Part shown: one piece after another, positions 9,256-20,109 of the stretch
Layout of the letters: every line of letters begins with the position of its first letter
How positions within the stretch are numbered: the first letter of the stretch is position 1
Origin: Candidatus Bathyarchaeota archaeon
Lineage (GTDB): Archaea > Thermoproteota > Bathyarchaeia > Bathyarchaeales > Bathycorpusculaceae
Direction: 5' to 3'
Assembly (NCBI GenBank): GCA_963733095.1
Contig: CAVTBV010000009.1
Location: forward strand, 203,372-267,371
DNA length: 64,000 nt
Position numbers and translations under genes: made by a program
Notes under the pieces: model-generated
Seen by the model: the letters and a program-made list of their open reading frames with translations, nothing else
Told to the model about the DNA's origin: nothing
Database searches by the model: none

Positions 9256-11111
9256 TAAACGAACGCTCCCCAGCTTGGGAACCACCTGAGATAATTATTG
9301 ATAAATGAGGTTGAAACTGAGGCGCCTGAAATTACTGGATAAAAGAGGAGAAACATCGCCACTGTAGCCGCGAATATTGCTATTGCAGCAACTTTACCCA
9401 GTCGGGTATTCCAGTACTTGTTGATAAAGTACGTTGTTGCTAGGCAAATCAGAGGTACGCTGAGGTAGTAGTGATAGATGTAGGTAGCTCTGCCGATGAA
9501 TACATAGGGTAGCCAAGAGAAAGCGTATACCACCACTATGTATATCGCTTGTACATCCCAACCTTTACCTCGAATATTGACCTGCTTGCTTACAGAGGAT
9601 TTAGAAATTCGGCTCCAAAGGTTCGCTACTAACTGTCTGCCGTGGATTGCTCTCTCGGCAAGCACAAGCATGAGCGCAAAACCAACCCACCAAACAACGG
9701 GGTTGCCCAAAACTGAAATTGTAGAAACCGTATTGTTGGGCAGGTAAGTAATGTCAAACCATCTTGGAACCGTGCCTGTGCCCACCATTAAGGGCCAAGA
9801 CCACCAAGGAGAAGAAGATGGATCAACCACTGAGCCTCCATGGAAGCTAAGCATGGCTGACTGCAAGTTAACAATCTTTGTGAACGAGTCACCCAGAAGC
9901 ATGTCTGGAATATAGGTTGCGAAGTAAATGAGCGCTACCAGACCGATGCTGGCTACCAGAAGCAGAAACGGATGGTCAAAGAAACCCACGTACTTGTCAG
10001 CTAAGCTGCCCTTTTGCTTCCAGAGGTCCCTTAAACGAACTGCCACAAGCAACGCAAGCAGTCCTAACGCGGGAAAAAGCGGGAACCCGAACTTTGTGGA
10101 AAACCCAAGTGCAAAGAAAACCACCGCCAACATCAGCGGCCAAACCGCAGTTTTCTTCCACCCATCTTTAAGCATTTTCATAAAGTAGACTAAGAAGAAC
10201 AACTGAGAAAGCAACGAGAAAAATATCAGGTAAGTATCGACTGTGCCGATTCGCGCCATGGTAAAGTGCATAAAATCGAAAGTCATCAAAAACGCTGCGG
10301 AGAACCCGCCAATCCAGGTGCCGAACAGTTTCTTACCTAAAAGGAACATAACCACAACTATTAAGGCACCAAATATGACTCCCATTATGCGCCAAGCAAA
10401 CGGCGTTGCACCAAGGGCTGCTACTCCAACCGCCTGGATAAGTTTTCCAAGGTCTGGGTGGGTTCTTTCATCAGGTATTTGGTGGTTAACAAATTGTATA
10501 GCGGATCTGGCAAAGTAAACTTCGTCAAAGTACATTTTGGACATGTATGTTGGTGGAATCTGAAGCGCACCTTGTTCATCAATCAGTTTAGAAAGCGTTG
10601 CGTCTGTGTTGTTTTCGCCTGTTATGCCTTTGATGGGGATTTGTTGGTTGTTTTGGTTTGATATGCCTATTTCGGAGATTTCTATGAAGGGTGAGGGTGT
10701 TTGGTCAGTTGGGTTGGGGACTGACCAGTAAAAGTCTGGTCTTGAATCGTAGGTTTCGGCTGTAACGTTGAACTCGAGATATTGGGTGTTTACGTTGACG
10801 GGTGTGTCTACTTGGACCATGTAGTCTGTGGCTCTGCTCTGAAGATTTTGGGCACGTACGAAACTCCAGTTTCCAGGTGAACCGGAGGACACATCGACTG
10901 AGGCGTTTCCGCTTGGAACCCAGAAATAAACCGTCTGAACCTGCTGCGTAGAACCCAAATCAACGTAAAACCTCTGTTGTGAGGTACTCTGCCAGTTTGT
11001 AAGCGGTGCTTTGACTTCGCCAACGTTCCAAGTGGCGATGCCAAAAAAGATGATTGCTAACAGAATCATTGTTATGACGTCTTTTTTTGTGAGTCTTAAT
11101 TCGAAGTTCAT
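9255..11111 (-). CDS. Dolichyl-phosphate-mannose protein O-mannosyltransferase-like (GT39/PMT)
   Basis: YFDEVYF, THPDLGKL, SSPWWSWP, GNPVVWW and YIYHYY motifs; many TM helices. Confidence 0.85.
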   Translation of the reverse strand: MNFELRLTKKDVITMILLAIIFFGIATWNVGEVKAPLTNWQSTSQQRFYVDLGSTQQVQTVYFWVPSGNASVDVSSGSPGNWSFVRAQNLQSRATDYMVQVDTPVNVNTQYLEFNVTAETYDSRPDFYWSVPNPTDQTPSPFIEISEIGISNQNNQQIPIKGITGENNTDATLSKLIDEQGALQIPPTYMSKMYFDEVYFARSAIQFVNHQIPDERTHPDLGKLIQAVGVAALGATPFAWRIMGVIFGALIVVVMFLLGKKLFGTWIGGFSAAFLMTFDFMHFTMARIGTVDTYLIFFSLLSQLFFLVYFMKMLKDGWKKTAVWPLMLAVVFFALGFSTKFGFPLFPALGLLALLVAVRLRDLWKQKGSLADKYVGFFDHPFLLLVASIGLVALIYFATYIPDMLLGDSFTKIVNLQSAMLSFHGGSVVDPSSSPWWSWPLMVGTGTVPRWFDITYLPNNTVSTISVLGNPVVWWVGFALMLVLAERAIHGRQLVANLWSRISKSSVSKQVNIRGKGWDVQAIYIVVVYAFSWLPYVFIGRATYIYHYYLSVPLICLATTYFINKYWNTRLGKVAAIAIFAATVAMFLLFYPVISGASVSTSFINNYLRWFPSWGAFV

Positions 11112-11117
11112 GTTGGC

Positions 11118-12353
11118 TCAACTCTCGCTTGAATTTGGCTTGATGGCTCCAGAGTCAGGTTCCGCTTTGAGCCATCCGTGTCCTTTTAGCTCATGCCACA
11201 ACAGTATGGAAGCATAAGCAAGCATTAATAAATTAATAGCGCTAACAGCCAAGATTACGGGGTCCCAAGGAAAATCAGAAGGATACCCAGTATTGAGCCA
11301 ATTGAGAACCACAGCTTGATTGAGAAAAAGCGTTACAGTTAATGTGGCATAAATTAAGCGCGTTTTTTTAATAAGTGGAAACATTAAAGCTAACATGCTT
11401 ATCGCTGGAAACATGTAGCGCTCATGAATCCGTGTGGGCAACATAAAAAAGCAGAACAGCAGCATGAACGCTGCGAAAATCGCCAAATAATCGCCTGAAA
11501 CGTGAAAACGCTTGTGCACAACATACAGCGTGAAGGCTGCTAATGCCCCAAACAAAACCCAACCTACAACATAGAGACTGCCGTCATGCACCCATGATAA
11601 ACCAAGCAAACCCCACAAGTTAAAAGCATTAACTGAACCATAGTTATAATAGGTGTAGCCAGAGGAGTAAATATTCGTTAGAAAAGAAATTGATACGCCT
11701 TCAAAGGGCAAAACAACAACAAAAACCGTTGCTGCGAATGCAAGCACAGAAAACAATAGTTTTCTCACCCCATTCTTCTTGTAAATCAACAGGACAATCA
11801 GTGGGAGCAGTGCGATACCCTGTGGTTTAGTTAAAAGCCCTATCGCAAACACAACTGCAGAGGGTACTGGTTTAGATTTCAATGCAAGCATAACTGACAG
11901 CACAAGGAAGAAGGTATAGACTGCGTCAAATTGCCCCCAAACCGCTGCGTTATAGATTACTGCAGGGTTAAACGTGTAGAGCGCTGTGGATACAAGGGCT
12001 ACTTTAAAGGATGCCTGTTTTCTAGCAAAAACGAAAATTAGCAGTGCCGTCGCTAAATCAAAAAGGTTTGGAACAACCTTAACCATCGCTGCCATGTTCA
12101 GGTTAAAAGCGTTGGCAAGTGAGCCGAACGCCCAGAAGATGTAAACGTTAAAGGGAGGGTAATCGGCGAAGCCTGCTACGGAATAGAACGGTCTTATACC
12201 ATGCTGAGAGGCAGTTGTAAACCAAGAGATAAAATCTCCTGTGTCAGTTGGAAATCCTTGCATGGGAAACAGTAGAGCCCTGACTAAGGCGGAAATAGCA
12301 AGCACCACAGCTAAAATAACAGCTTCGCGCCTGGCAAACGAGAAGTTAACCAC
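11118..12353 (-). CDS. GT-C fold membrane glycosyltransferase
   Basis: DYPP, NPAVIYNAAVWGQFD, KPQG, SVNAFNLW and TRIHERY motifs. Likely GTG start at 12353. Confidence 0.8.
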   Translation of the reverse strand: MVNFSFARREAVILAVVLAISALVRALLFPMQGFPTDTGDFISWFTTASQHGIRPFYSVAGFADYPPFNVYIFWAFGSLANAFNLNMAAMVKVVPNLFDLATALLIFVFARKQASFKVALVSTALYTFNPAVIYNAAVWGQFDAVYTFFLVLSVMLALKSKPVPSAVVFAIGLLTKPQGIALLPLIVLLIYKKNGVRKLLFSVLAFAATVFVVVLPFEGVSISFLTNIYSSGYTYYNYGSVNAFNLWGLLGLSWVHDGSLYVVGWVLFGALAAFTLYVVHKRFHVSGDYLAIFAAFMLLFCFFMLPTRIHERYMFPAISMLALMFPLIKKTRLIYATLTVTLFLNQAVVLNWLNTGYPSDFPWDPVILAVSAINLLMLAYASILLWHELKGHGWLKAEPDSGAIKPNSSES

Positions 12354-12764
12354 GGTTCCCCTCTCGGAGAAATACTCACTGCCAAAGCATAAGAAGCTTT
12401 TTCCAAAATCCATCTTTAGATTATATTGATGCCGATAGTTTGTAGAAGCCCTTATTTTTTTACCACGAGCATGAAGATTTTTGAAGTTGTTGTTGTTAAG
12501 CAATGCAGCAGCATTTCAGCCCTTCACTACTCGGTGCCCGAAGCGCTCGCTACTAACATGAGCCAAGAACTCAATTCAAACATTCTTTAAATTAATCCCT
12601 TTCTCAATAAAAATGAGCCGCTTAAACAAATATCATTAATTAAAATAGCTTTATTTGAGTGGGGATTCAATTTGATTTCCCACATAAAACACCCAAGGAT
12701 TGGAGTTCCACTCCTGTCAAAATCATATAACAGTAACTAATTAGATTTCGTCCCAAGTGTTTGC

Positions 12765-14426
12765 TTATTTCCAAGCCTTTTCTATATATTCACTTAACAT
12801 TCTTTTAGTGTTATAATAAGAAGCCAGCGAAATAGAATTTTTTTGCATTTCTACCCATTTTTCGTGGTTACTGTAAAATGTGGGCATTACCTTTTGTTCT
12901 AATACGTTGTATAAGCCGAGAGCATTTTGAAAATCTGTTTCATGTTGGTAACCAAAAGCCCAGCCTATTTTGCCTTCTTTTGTTTTGAATTCTTCATCTA
13001 TCCATCCGTCCCAAGAACTAACATTTATAACTCCGTTTGGAAGGGCTTTCATTCCGCTAGTTCCTGAGGCTTCATTGGGCGGTCGTGGAGTATTCAATAG
13101 AACATCAACACCCGCGATCAACGTGGGGCTGATTTCCATCCCGTAGTTTTCAATAAAAATGGTTGGGATCGCTCCATTAATTATTCGGCTCTCTTCATGA
13201 ATCTTTGTTATTGCCTCTTTGCCATAGCCATCTCTCGGATGGGCTTTTCCAGCCATTAGAATTTGGATTTTTCCCGATCCAATAAGTTTAAGCCTTTCTC
13301 TCTCGGTGAAAATCAATGTTGGTCTTTTATATTCAGCTATTCTTCTAAACCAACCTAGAGTCAGTTTGTTCCTATCCAAATCTATTCCATATTCATCTTC
13401 AATGAAGTCCAATAAAATTATCTTGTTTTCTAAGTGAGCTTTCCATACTTCGTCATTGGGTAATCTCAGGGCATCTTTTAATTTTTCTGGGTTCTCTTCC
13501 CAACCAGGAAAATGCCTATCAAATAACCCTTTAAAACTACCACTGGTCCATGTCCCAAGATGTACAGCATTGGTAATATAATCTATATTTTTATTAGGAA
13601 ACATATCTCGGGCTGCTTCAGCATTTTTTTTAGAAACACCGTTCTGATAATCGCTTAAACTCATGGCAAGTTTTGTCATGTTTAAACAGTTTGCCTGTTC
13701 ACCGTATTCTTTAATTTTGTCTAATGGAAAAGAATCTTTTAGAATGCGCTCAACCAATCTCATAGGAAATATTTCGTGTCCCGCGGGAACTAAAGTATGA
13801 GTTGTGAAGCTAAATTTTTTCTTTGTTTTATCCTCATCCCAATTGTATTTATTTGCAAGTTCTAATGTTGCAAGCGCCGTATGACCTTCGTTCATGTGGT
13901 ACTTTCGTATATTGTACCCTAGCTTTTCTAAAAATCTAACTCCACCGATTCCAAGGACTACTTCTTGTTTGAATCTATGGCTTTGGTGTTCGTCGTATGT
14001 AGTGGATTTGCCCTTCCAATAGCAATTCTCACTGATTTCTTTATCTTCTGTAGCATTCTCACTTAATCTAGTGTCAAGAAAATATATCAAGACTTTATTG
14101 TTATGTCCATTTTTAATGACATACTCTTCTGCACCAATTGTAACGTCTCTATCTTCAATTTTTACCTTGACCTTTTCATCCCTTTTTCTCAACACACCGA
14201 AGGGATTTGACCTTTTTAGCACTTCTTTTTGCTGGTAATTTTCAATTTTTTGTTCAAAATACCCTTTATGATGTCTTAATGACACACCCACTAACGGAAA
14301 ATTTAGTTCAGCTGCACCTTTTATTGTATCTCCCGCTAAAACACCAAGCCCTCCACAACAGGTGGGAAGGCGAGCGTTTACGCCGATTTCCATTGAAAGA
14401 TAAGCGACACTATCCGTATATGACAT
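12765..14426 (-). CDS. glgP: Alpha-glucan (glycogen/maltodextrin) phosphorylase
   Basis: GGLGVLAGD, HMNEGH, FTTHT, RRIAEYKR, AGKAHP and EASGTSGMK (PLP lysine) motifs. AT-rich relative to flanking core genes. Confidence 0.9.
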   Translation of the reverse strand: MSYTDSVAYLSMEIGVNARLPTCCGGLGVLAGDTIKGAAELNFPLVGVSLRHHKGYFEQKIENYQQKEVLKRSNPFGVLRKRDEKVKVKIEDRDVTIGAEEYVIKNGHNNKVLIYFLDTRLSENATEDKEISENCYWKGKSTTYDEHQSHRFKQEVVLGIGGVRFLEKLGYNIRKYHMNEGHTALATLELANKYNWDEDKTKKKFSFTTHTLVPAGHEIFPMRLVERILKDSFPLDKIKEYGEQANCLNMTKLAMSLSDYQNGVSKKNAEAARDMFPNKNIDYITNAVHLGTWTSGSFKGLFDRHFPGWEENPEKLKDALRLPNDEVWKAHLENKIILLDFIEDEYGIDLDRNKLTLGWFRRIAEYKRPTLIFTERERLKLIGSGKIQILMAGKAHPRDGYGKEAITKIHEESRIINGAIPTIFIENYGMEISPTLIAGVDVLLNTPRPPNEASGTSGMKALPNGVINVSSWDGWIDEEFKTKEGKIGWAFGYQHETDFQNALGLYNVLEQKVMPTFYSNHEKWVEMQKNSISLASYYNTKRMLSEYIEKAWK

Positions 14427-14704
14427 AGATAGGGATGTAATTACTACAAAAATAATAAAGCTTTACACGCAAAAGCATAATCCTGTTATTTTTTGTGAAC
14501 CTGAAGTTTATTCTTAGATTATAACCTCAACAGTAAGTTTACAATACATTACTTTCTGTAACCATTACTCACCAGTTTCTTCTTTATGTGACTTGACGTA
14601 AGGTCGTTGGCGGGATTAGTAACAGAATGCTGTAACAAGTTAAGGAATTTAGTCACCACAAAAAGGGCGCAGATAAAACCCCTTCAATGAATTAGGAGCA
14701 GATT

Positions 14705-14720
14705 TGGAGCCTTCGGCGGG
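14705..14720 (-). repeat. Duplicated 3' end of tRNA-Thr (att site)
   Basis: TGGAGCCTTCGGCGGG is identical to 20882-20897. Confidence 0.9.
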
Positions 14721-15506
14721 TATTCTAGCTACAGAAACACAGTCTTATGCTGTGTTAAGAAGTACCATTACTTGCTTAAGGCAGATAGCAATCTTAGAGA
14801 ATTAGAGCTACGCAGCAATGATGTTAAGAGTAGTATTGCTAAGTCTCTGTTGTTATTCTCAAAGTTTAACGGTTGCTACTCACAGTTTAAGGCAAGGCTA
14901 TCTGAGTATGGGATAAATCTGTACAGACCTGACAGTCTGAATGCTTTTCTAAGAATACTTGGCGCCACCAACTCAAACATCTTAGAGTATTATAATGAAG
15001 TTACTCCATTGCTTAGAGATAATGAGCAGTTATTTGCAAAGTTTCTCTTGCAAAGTGGCTTGAGGGTTAGTGAGGGAATTGAGAGCTTTAACCTGATAAT
15101 TCAGCTAGCACGTAACAATAAGCTATTAGACTATTATGATGAGAACTTAAGCTGTTTAATGCACTTCAAATATCCAACGCTCTTCATCAGACACACTAAG
15201 AATGCATTTATCACCTTCATCAGCAAAGATTTCTTGGAGCAAATAGCAGAGAGCCAGCCAGTTACTTACTTTAGCATTAGAAAGAGGTTAGAGAGAAACA
15301 AGAAGCCTTTGAGGCTCAATGAGTTTAGAGACTACTTTGGAACAACCTTAGTCAATAATGGAATCTTAGACCGAACAGAACTTAGTCTGCGGAAGAATAC
15401 CAATTAGCATATTTTCAGCAGACACTATTGGAGCCCTAAGCTCAAAGAATTGGGAGAAAGAATCTTTGCTGCTACTTCTAAAATAGGCGTAACAGTAACT
15501 TGCTAA
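14721..15506 (+). pseudogene. Tyrosine integrase C-terminal part, int(C), frameshifted
   Basis: SGLRVSE, RHTKNAFI and LNEFRDYF motifs. The terminal motifs NLVCGRIP and RHYWSP (catalytic Tyr) are separated by frameshifts and a stop near 15370-15415. Confidence 0.85.
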
Positions 15507-15668
15507 AACCATTCTAAGTCTTGACCATGCCAATCATTGTCCTCTGATTTTATAGGCTAAGTTACCTGTTCAAAATGCTTGATGTCTAAGACGAAAAAGT
15601 ATCATAAACAGATATTGAGACGTCAGACCTGATTTTAGATAGAAGCTTAAGTTAGAATCGAACTGCTT

Positions 15669-16007
15669 TTATTTCATAAATGAGTCTGCAGAATTAATTT
15701 GCCTTAATTCGTGCTCCAAACAATCAGTAAGAGTGGAATCTTGTTTTATAAGGATAATAATTTTCTCCTTAAACTGGAAGGTATGTGCTTCAACATTTTT
15801 GTTGTCAAAACCTGCTCCATTTTTTTCAACTCTAGTGTTTATCATATTAGGAGTTGTCTGCAACAAATTCGCCATACGCAAAAAGTCTCTATCATCAAAT
15901 GTGAAGGCATAAATTTCTGGCATTGGTTTATCTGAAATCTTTTTCCAAACACTTTCAAGAATTCTATCAGAAACTGGATTGGTAGATGGAAGTTGAGGTA
16001 ATTGCAA
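15669..16007 (-). CDS. Hypothetical protein (possible HExxH-derived motif)
   Basis: 112 aa ORF ending in ...CLEHEL; inside the element. Confidence 0.55.
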   Translation of the reverse strand: MQLPQLPSTNPVSDRILESVWKKISDKPMPEIYAFTFDDRDFLRMANLLQTTPNMINTRVEKNGAGFDNKNVEAHTFQFKEKIIILIKQDSTLTDCLEHELRQINSADSFMK

Positions 16008-16125
16008 ATTGATACCCTCGCATTTATTGCTAGAGTATGCTTATAAACCAATTGTTTAAGGTGTTACGGATCGTAACTAGTACATTAACTGGAGGTTGGA
16101 GAGATTAACAACTGCTTTCTTCCGA

Positions 16126-16416
16126 CTAGATTTTTTCATCTATGGTAATCTGATGAATTTTGCCCAGTTTCTTCTCTATGGTTATGCCAATGTTTCTTCC
16201 AATATAAGGTGCAAAGATTTCCTCAACGGATAAAACATCTTCTAATGGAAATGGCGGTATTGCACTTTCAGGTTTATGTGGCATGTCAAGAGCTATATAT
16301 GACTTGCCATTTACGTTAAGCTCTGTAACTTTACCGTTATAAACAATTTTTTCCCTGCTTAAACCGTTTCTATACTTTGGAGACAAAGAAAATCTAGTTC
16401 TATGCTTTGCAGACAT
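16126..16416 (-). CDS. Hypothetical protein
   Basis: 96 aa ORF with ATG and an upstream TTAAAT box. Confidence 0.55.
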   Translation of the reverse strand: MSAKHRTRFSLSPKYRNGLSREKIVYNGKVTELNVNGKSYIALDMPHKPESAIPPFPLEDVLSVEEIFAPYIGRNIGITIEKKLGKIHQITIDEKI

Positions 16417-16609
16417 AATTAGCCTATTTCTATGCTGTGCAGATTTAAGACTTGTTAATTATTCAACAAAAATCCTTTCTGTTCAGTTCTTGCGCTTTTG
16501 CATCACTCTAAACTTAGACTTAGAATAGATTCTTAGCACTATTCTATTCTACTGGAACAATCAGGTATTAACAAACTAGAGTATGATAAAAAAAGTGAAA
16601 GCGGCTATC

Positions 16610-16894
16610 TTATTTGGGAGGATGAAGATACATATGTAACTGAGCTTTTGAAACTTGAACTTCAACTCTATCCTTAGATGTGCTCTTAGAAGCTGGCGCA
16701 ACAGCTGAAATTGCCAGAGTATTATAGAACGATTTCTCTGCACCAAGCAACTCTTTAGTCGCTTCTTTAGTCATTTTTATTGCAAGATGAGTTATTTTCC
16801 ACTCTTCTGGATCTAAAATGATATCCGTGATAATGCCCAGTTTTAGATTTTCACAATAGACCTCTTTATAGAGCAATTCATAACGAAATTTCAT
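16610..16894 (-). CDS. PRC-barrel-like protein
   Basis: ELLYKEVY...KLGIITDIILDPEEWKITHL pattern; likely start MKFRY. Confidence 0.65.
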   Translation of the reverse strand: MKFRYELLYKEVYCENLKLGIITDIILDPEEWKITHLAIKMTKEATKELLGAEKSFYNTLAISAVAPASKSTSKDRVEVQVSKAQLHMYLHPPK

Positions 16895-17330
16895 AAAATA
16901 AACCACGCTCTTAATAGATATATACTCTATTTTCTTTATAAGATTTGCGAAATTGTGAAAAACTTGGCTAATTATGATTGATCTGAACAAACCATGATGC
17001 TTGTGGACACTTTATTGGGTGGATTCAAACACTGCCCAAAATGCCACATTTACCTCTGTGGTCTATGCTCATATCAACTGATGAGTATACAAAGTAAATT
17101 TCCAATAGAGTGCCTAATGTGCAGAGGAATACTAAGTTAAGCAATTTGCCATTTGCTTTAGTTCGTAACTTTTTGATTCTATACATTTAATGCCTTGATT
17201 AGCTCTTCCCTTGTTTCAGGCAATCTAGATTTGATGATGCTTGAGACGTAAGACCTGCTTTAGATAGAAAATAAAAACTGGAGCAATGGCTAAGATTCCC
17301 ACTTCTATGAGTATTTCTTTGTATGTCATT

Positions 17331-17627
17331 TCAACTTGCATGAATGGTTGACTGAATAGTCTTGTAATAGGCTTCTTCACCTATTGTTTCCTTAATAATC
17401 TTCTTCTCTATTTTCTTCTCTTCCACTAATTTATCTAAAGCTGTCCTTACTTGTGCAGCAAGCTCATAACTCTTTGCCTCTTTTGTGACTTCGTACCCCA
17501 AACCATTCATTATGCTCACAAGACTAAAAGCAACATTCACGCCATCTTTTTTGTTCAGAAAAGACATTATTCTATCTTCAAGTGGACGTACTTTTCCAGA
17601 ATCCCATTCATCATTATCAATAGGCAT
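17331..17627 (-). CDS. Small winged-helix-like protein
   Basis: RIMSFL...AFSLVSI...VRTALDKLVEEKKIEK...YY pattern. Confidence 0.6.
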   Translation of the reverse strand: MPIDNDEWDSGKVRPLEDRIMSFLNKKDGVNVAFSLVSIMNGLGYEVTKEAKSYELAAQVRTALDKLVEEKKIEKKIIKETIGEEAYYKTIQSTIHAS

Positions 17628-18029
17628 TTTTCAACCCAATTCTATTTCTAGCCATTATGCAGATTTAAGATTTACCTTTATGAAAATTGCTTGGCTGAGA
17701 TTATCCAGTTAAGAGTCAGCACTTAAAAGGTTAAGCCAAAAGTTATCTTGGATTCCTTTTTAGCACTAACGCACTAATTGAGCCTGTTACAATTAGGGCT
17801 ATTATGATTATCAACGATGGAAACTCTGGAACTGTTGGAGTTGGAGAAGAGGTGCTAATTTGCTGGTTGTGTTTCTTTTAAAAACTTTTCTAGTAAAAGA
17901 GTTATTGTCGTAACTATTAGTGTCTATCATATTAATTGATGTTAATAGTTGTTATTTACATAAGTGGTTGGTGTATTTACTGTGTTTATTAGACTTAGTA
18001 TTAAATAGTGTGATTAACATATATTTAGT

Positions 18030-18338
18030 GTGAATTATATGGTAGATTTGAATAACTCTAAAAAGAAGTTAGCAGTGAAAGCTACGCCAGTAAAGGAAGT
18101 TCCAGAGGGCAAAAAGATAGCTAGAAGACCAGAGTATGATGAAGCATTCAAAAAGGTTATGGACAGCCCAGAGAAGATTTTCAAGATTGAAGTGGAAGGC
18201 AGGACAGTAAAAACAATGTATGCACCATTTGCTTCTAGAGTAAAGAGATACAATAAACAATCTGACAGAAAATTCAATGCACAGCTTAAAGTAAGAAGTA
18301 AGGAAATCTATATTGTCAAATTAGATAAGTCAGACTAG
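18030..18338 (+). CDS. Hypothetical basic protein
   Basis: 102 aa Lys-rich ORF with AT-rich promoter region and T-rich terminator. Confidence 0.55.
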   Translation: MNYMVDLNNSKKKLAVKATPVKEVPEGKKIARRPEYDEAFKKVMDSPEKIFKIEVEGRTVKTMYAPFASRVKRYNKQSDRKFNAQLKVRSKEIYIVKLDKSD

Positions 18339-18460
18339 AATACTACAGAATATTTTCTTTTGTCCGCTCTTTTCTTTTCACTTCATTTTTCAGCAGAGTT
18401 TTCTTTACGCTCCAAAATTAGTTCTTAATGGTTGGAAGCTGTCATAGGTGTATTGCAGGT

Positions 18461-18751
18461 TTAGCGCATATTACTTTGGCTTAGGGCGCTATTGGTTTTT
18501 TGAAGTTTAATTTTGCCATGAAAAACATGGTATGAAAAAATAGCAATTATTAAACCTGCAATGCTCATAATAGAGCCAATTAGTAGTTTAGGATAAGTTA
18601 TAATCACTCCATTGTTTAAGGTATGAATTTCAGTAGTTGAAAGGGCATTTAAGATTCCACTTACAACCAAAACAACACCAAACAACAGAAGCAAAGGTAC
18701 AACTATTCCTCTAATAAAATCAATCAAATTAAATGAAGAATAAGTTGACAT
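18461..18751 (-). CDS. Small two-TM membrane protein
   Basis: Two hydrophobic helices; flanked by ~27 bp direct repeats. Confidence 0.55.
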   Translation of the reverse strand: MSTYSSFNLIDFIRGIVVPLLLLFGVVLVVSGILNALSTTEIHTLNNGVIITYPKLLIGSIMSIAGLIIAIFSYHVFHGKIKLQKTNSALSQSNMR

Positions 18752-19047
18752 AACTCTCGATGATAATTTAGGTTAATACTCTTAAATATTTTTCTAAGAG
18801 TATTCATACGCTCCAAATTTGTTCTTTAATGGTCACTAAATAGCTCCTCTTGCACTCTGCCCCGCTCCTGTCTCGAGATAGGCACGGATTAGTCGGAACC
18901 TGCCCGAACACAATGTATCAAGGCAACGGTCATATGAATTCTGGATGCATAAGGCTTATGAAAAGTGTATCCTTAGGCTGATTGGGCGGGTTCAGAGGGA
19001 ACTGCTGGCTCACGCACTTCCACAAACTCTCAACCTCCCCCTTCTTT

Positions 19048-19181
19048 AAGGCCTTCCGAAATCTAGGGGACATAGTAGAAAAGGCTTATCTGAATTTAGC
19101 TTATCATCAGAACATAAAAAAAAATAAATAATATTATTTTGATTTCTCTTTCTCTATACGGGTCAATTTGTTAAAGGCCTT
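19048..19181 (+). repeat. AGGCCT-bounded ~132 bp repeat, copy A
   Basis: AAGGCCTTCCGAAATCT...TTATCATCAGAACATAAAA...CAATTTGTTAAAGGCCTT aligns with copies B and C. Confidence 0.85.
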
Positions 19182-19183
19182 GG

Positions 19184-19330
19184 TTAAGCTTTCCTTTTCG
19201 CTTTGCCTACTTCTTCCTGGACCTTGCCTTCTACTTCTTCAACTTTGCCTTTAATCTGTTCAGTTTTGTCGCCAGTAATTTTACCTAAGCCTTCGCGGAC
19301 TTTGCCCTTGAAGCCTACCCTGATCGTCGC
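19184..19330 (-). pseudogene. CsbD-family fragment (no start codon)
   Basis: FKGKVREGLGKITGDKTEQIKGKVEEVEGKVQEEVGKAKRKA*. Confidence 0.7.
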
Positions 19331-19396
19331 CTGCTTCGGACTGAGAAATTAGCCCTTAGTTAAAAAAAACTAAACTGTAACTTGAGCCTTTTTGCT

Positions 19397-19627
19397 CTAC
19401 ATGCACTGAAGAGGCGTGCTTGCGGAGATTTTCGGTTTATGTCCTTGATTTAGGAGTTCTAGTGCCTCATCGTTTGTTATTCCGAAGGGAAGAATATCTT
19501 TGTGAAAATTTTCAACATGTGACCGTACAATGGATATGGCTTCACATATGCTGCCTAAGATTTCAAAACTATAACCGCAGGGACATTGACCTTTTAGCTT
19601 CCTTCTCAAATCGCTCTCCTCAATCAA
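19397..19627 (-). CDS. Small metal-binding protein (DUF1059-like)
   Basis: CPCG...HVENFH pattern. Confidence 0.55.
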   Translation of the reverse strand: MIEESDLRRKLKGQCPCGYSFEILGSICEAISIVRSHVENFHKDILPFGITNDEALELLNQGHKPKISASTPLQCM

Positions 19628-19726
19628 CTCAAAGATGTATTTAAAATAAAAAATGAGATATTAACTTCTGTGACTGCACAAGCGCAATCACAACATTATC
19701 ATTTAGAAAGTTAGTCCAAGCCAACC

Positions 19727-19858
19727 AAGGCCTTCCAAAATCTGGGCCCCATAGTAGAAGAGGCTTTTCAGGTTTTATCTTATCATCACAACATATAAAA
19801 AATAAATATAGAATATCGATCTGGCTCTATCTATCCCCCTCAATTTGGTGAAGGCCTT
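19727..19858 (+). repeat. AGGCCT-bounded repeat, copy B
   Basis: AAGGCCTTCCAAAATCTGGG...CATAGTAGAAG...TTATCATCACAACATATAAAA...CAATTTGGTGAAGGCCTT. Confidence 0.85.
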
Positions 19859-20109
19859 CATTTACATGAAAAATCAGGCGCGTCTGAGCATGCAGGGCTA
19901 CCTTAGCGCCCCTCTAAAATAGAAACAGCCGGCGGGCAGCAGCACGCGTTCGAGATCCGCCTCAAGAAGAAGTTTGAATGGTTCCACAGCACCGAATTCA
20001 AGAGCCTCTGGCGGCAGCAGATTCAGTACCAAGAAGTAGCATATCCGGTCAGTCACCTTCGCCCGGGCGAGGCATTGATTGAGCGCTTTGACACGTGGGA
20101 CATCGACGA

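Noticed and set aside
12503-12570. GC-richer intergenic stretch that might be an ncRNA or an old att site
   Set aside because: No cloverleaf, no match to either tRNA, and no second copy in the window; cannot be supported without an Rfam search.
19048-19858. Classical integron attC sites
   Set aside because: No RYYYAAC/GTTRRRY ends and no IntI-type integrase.
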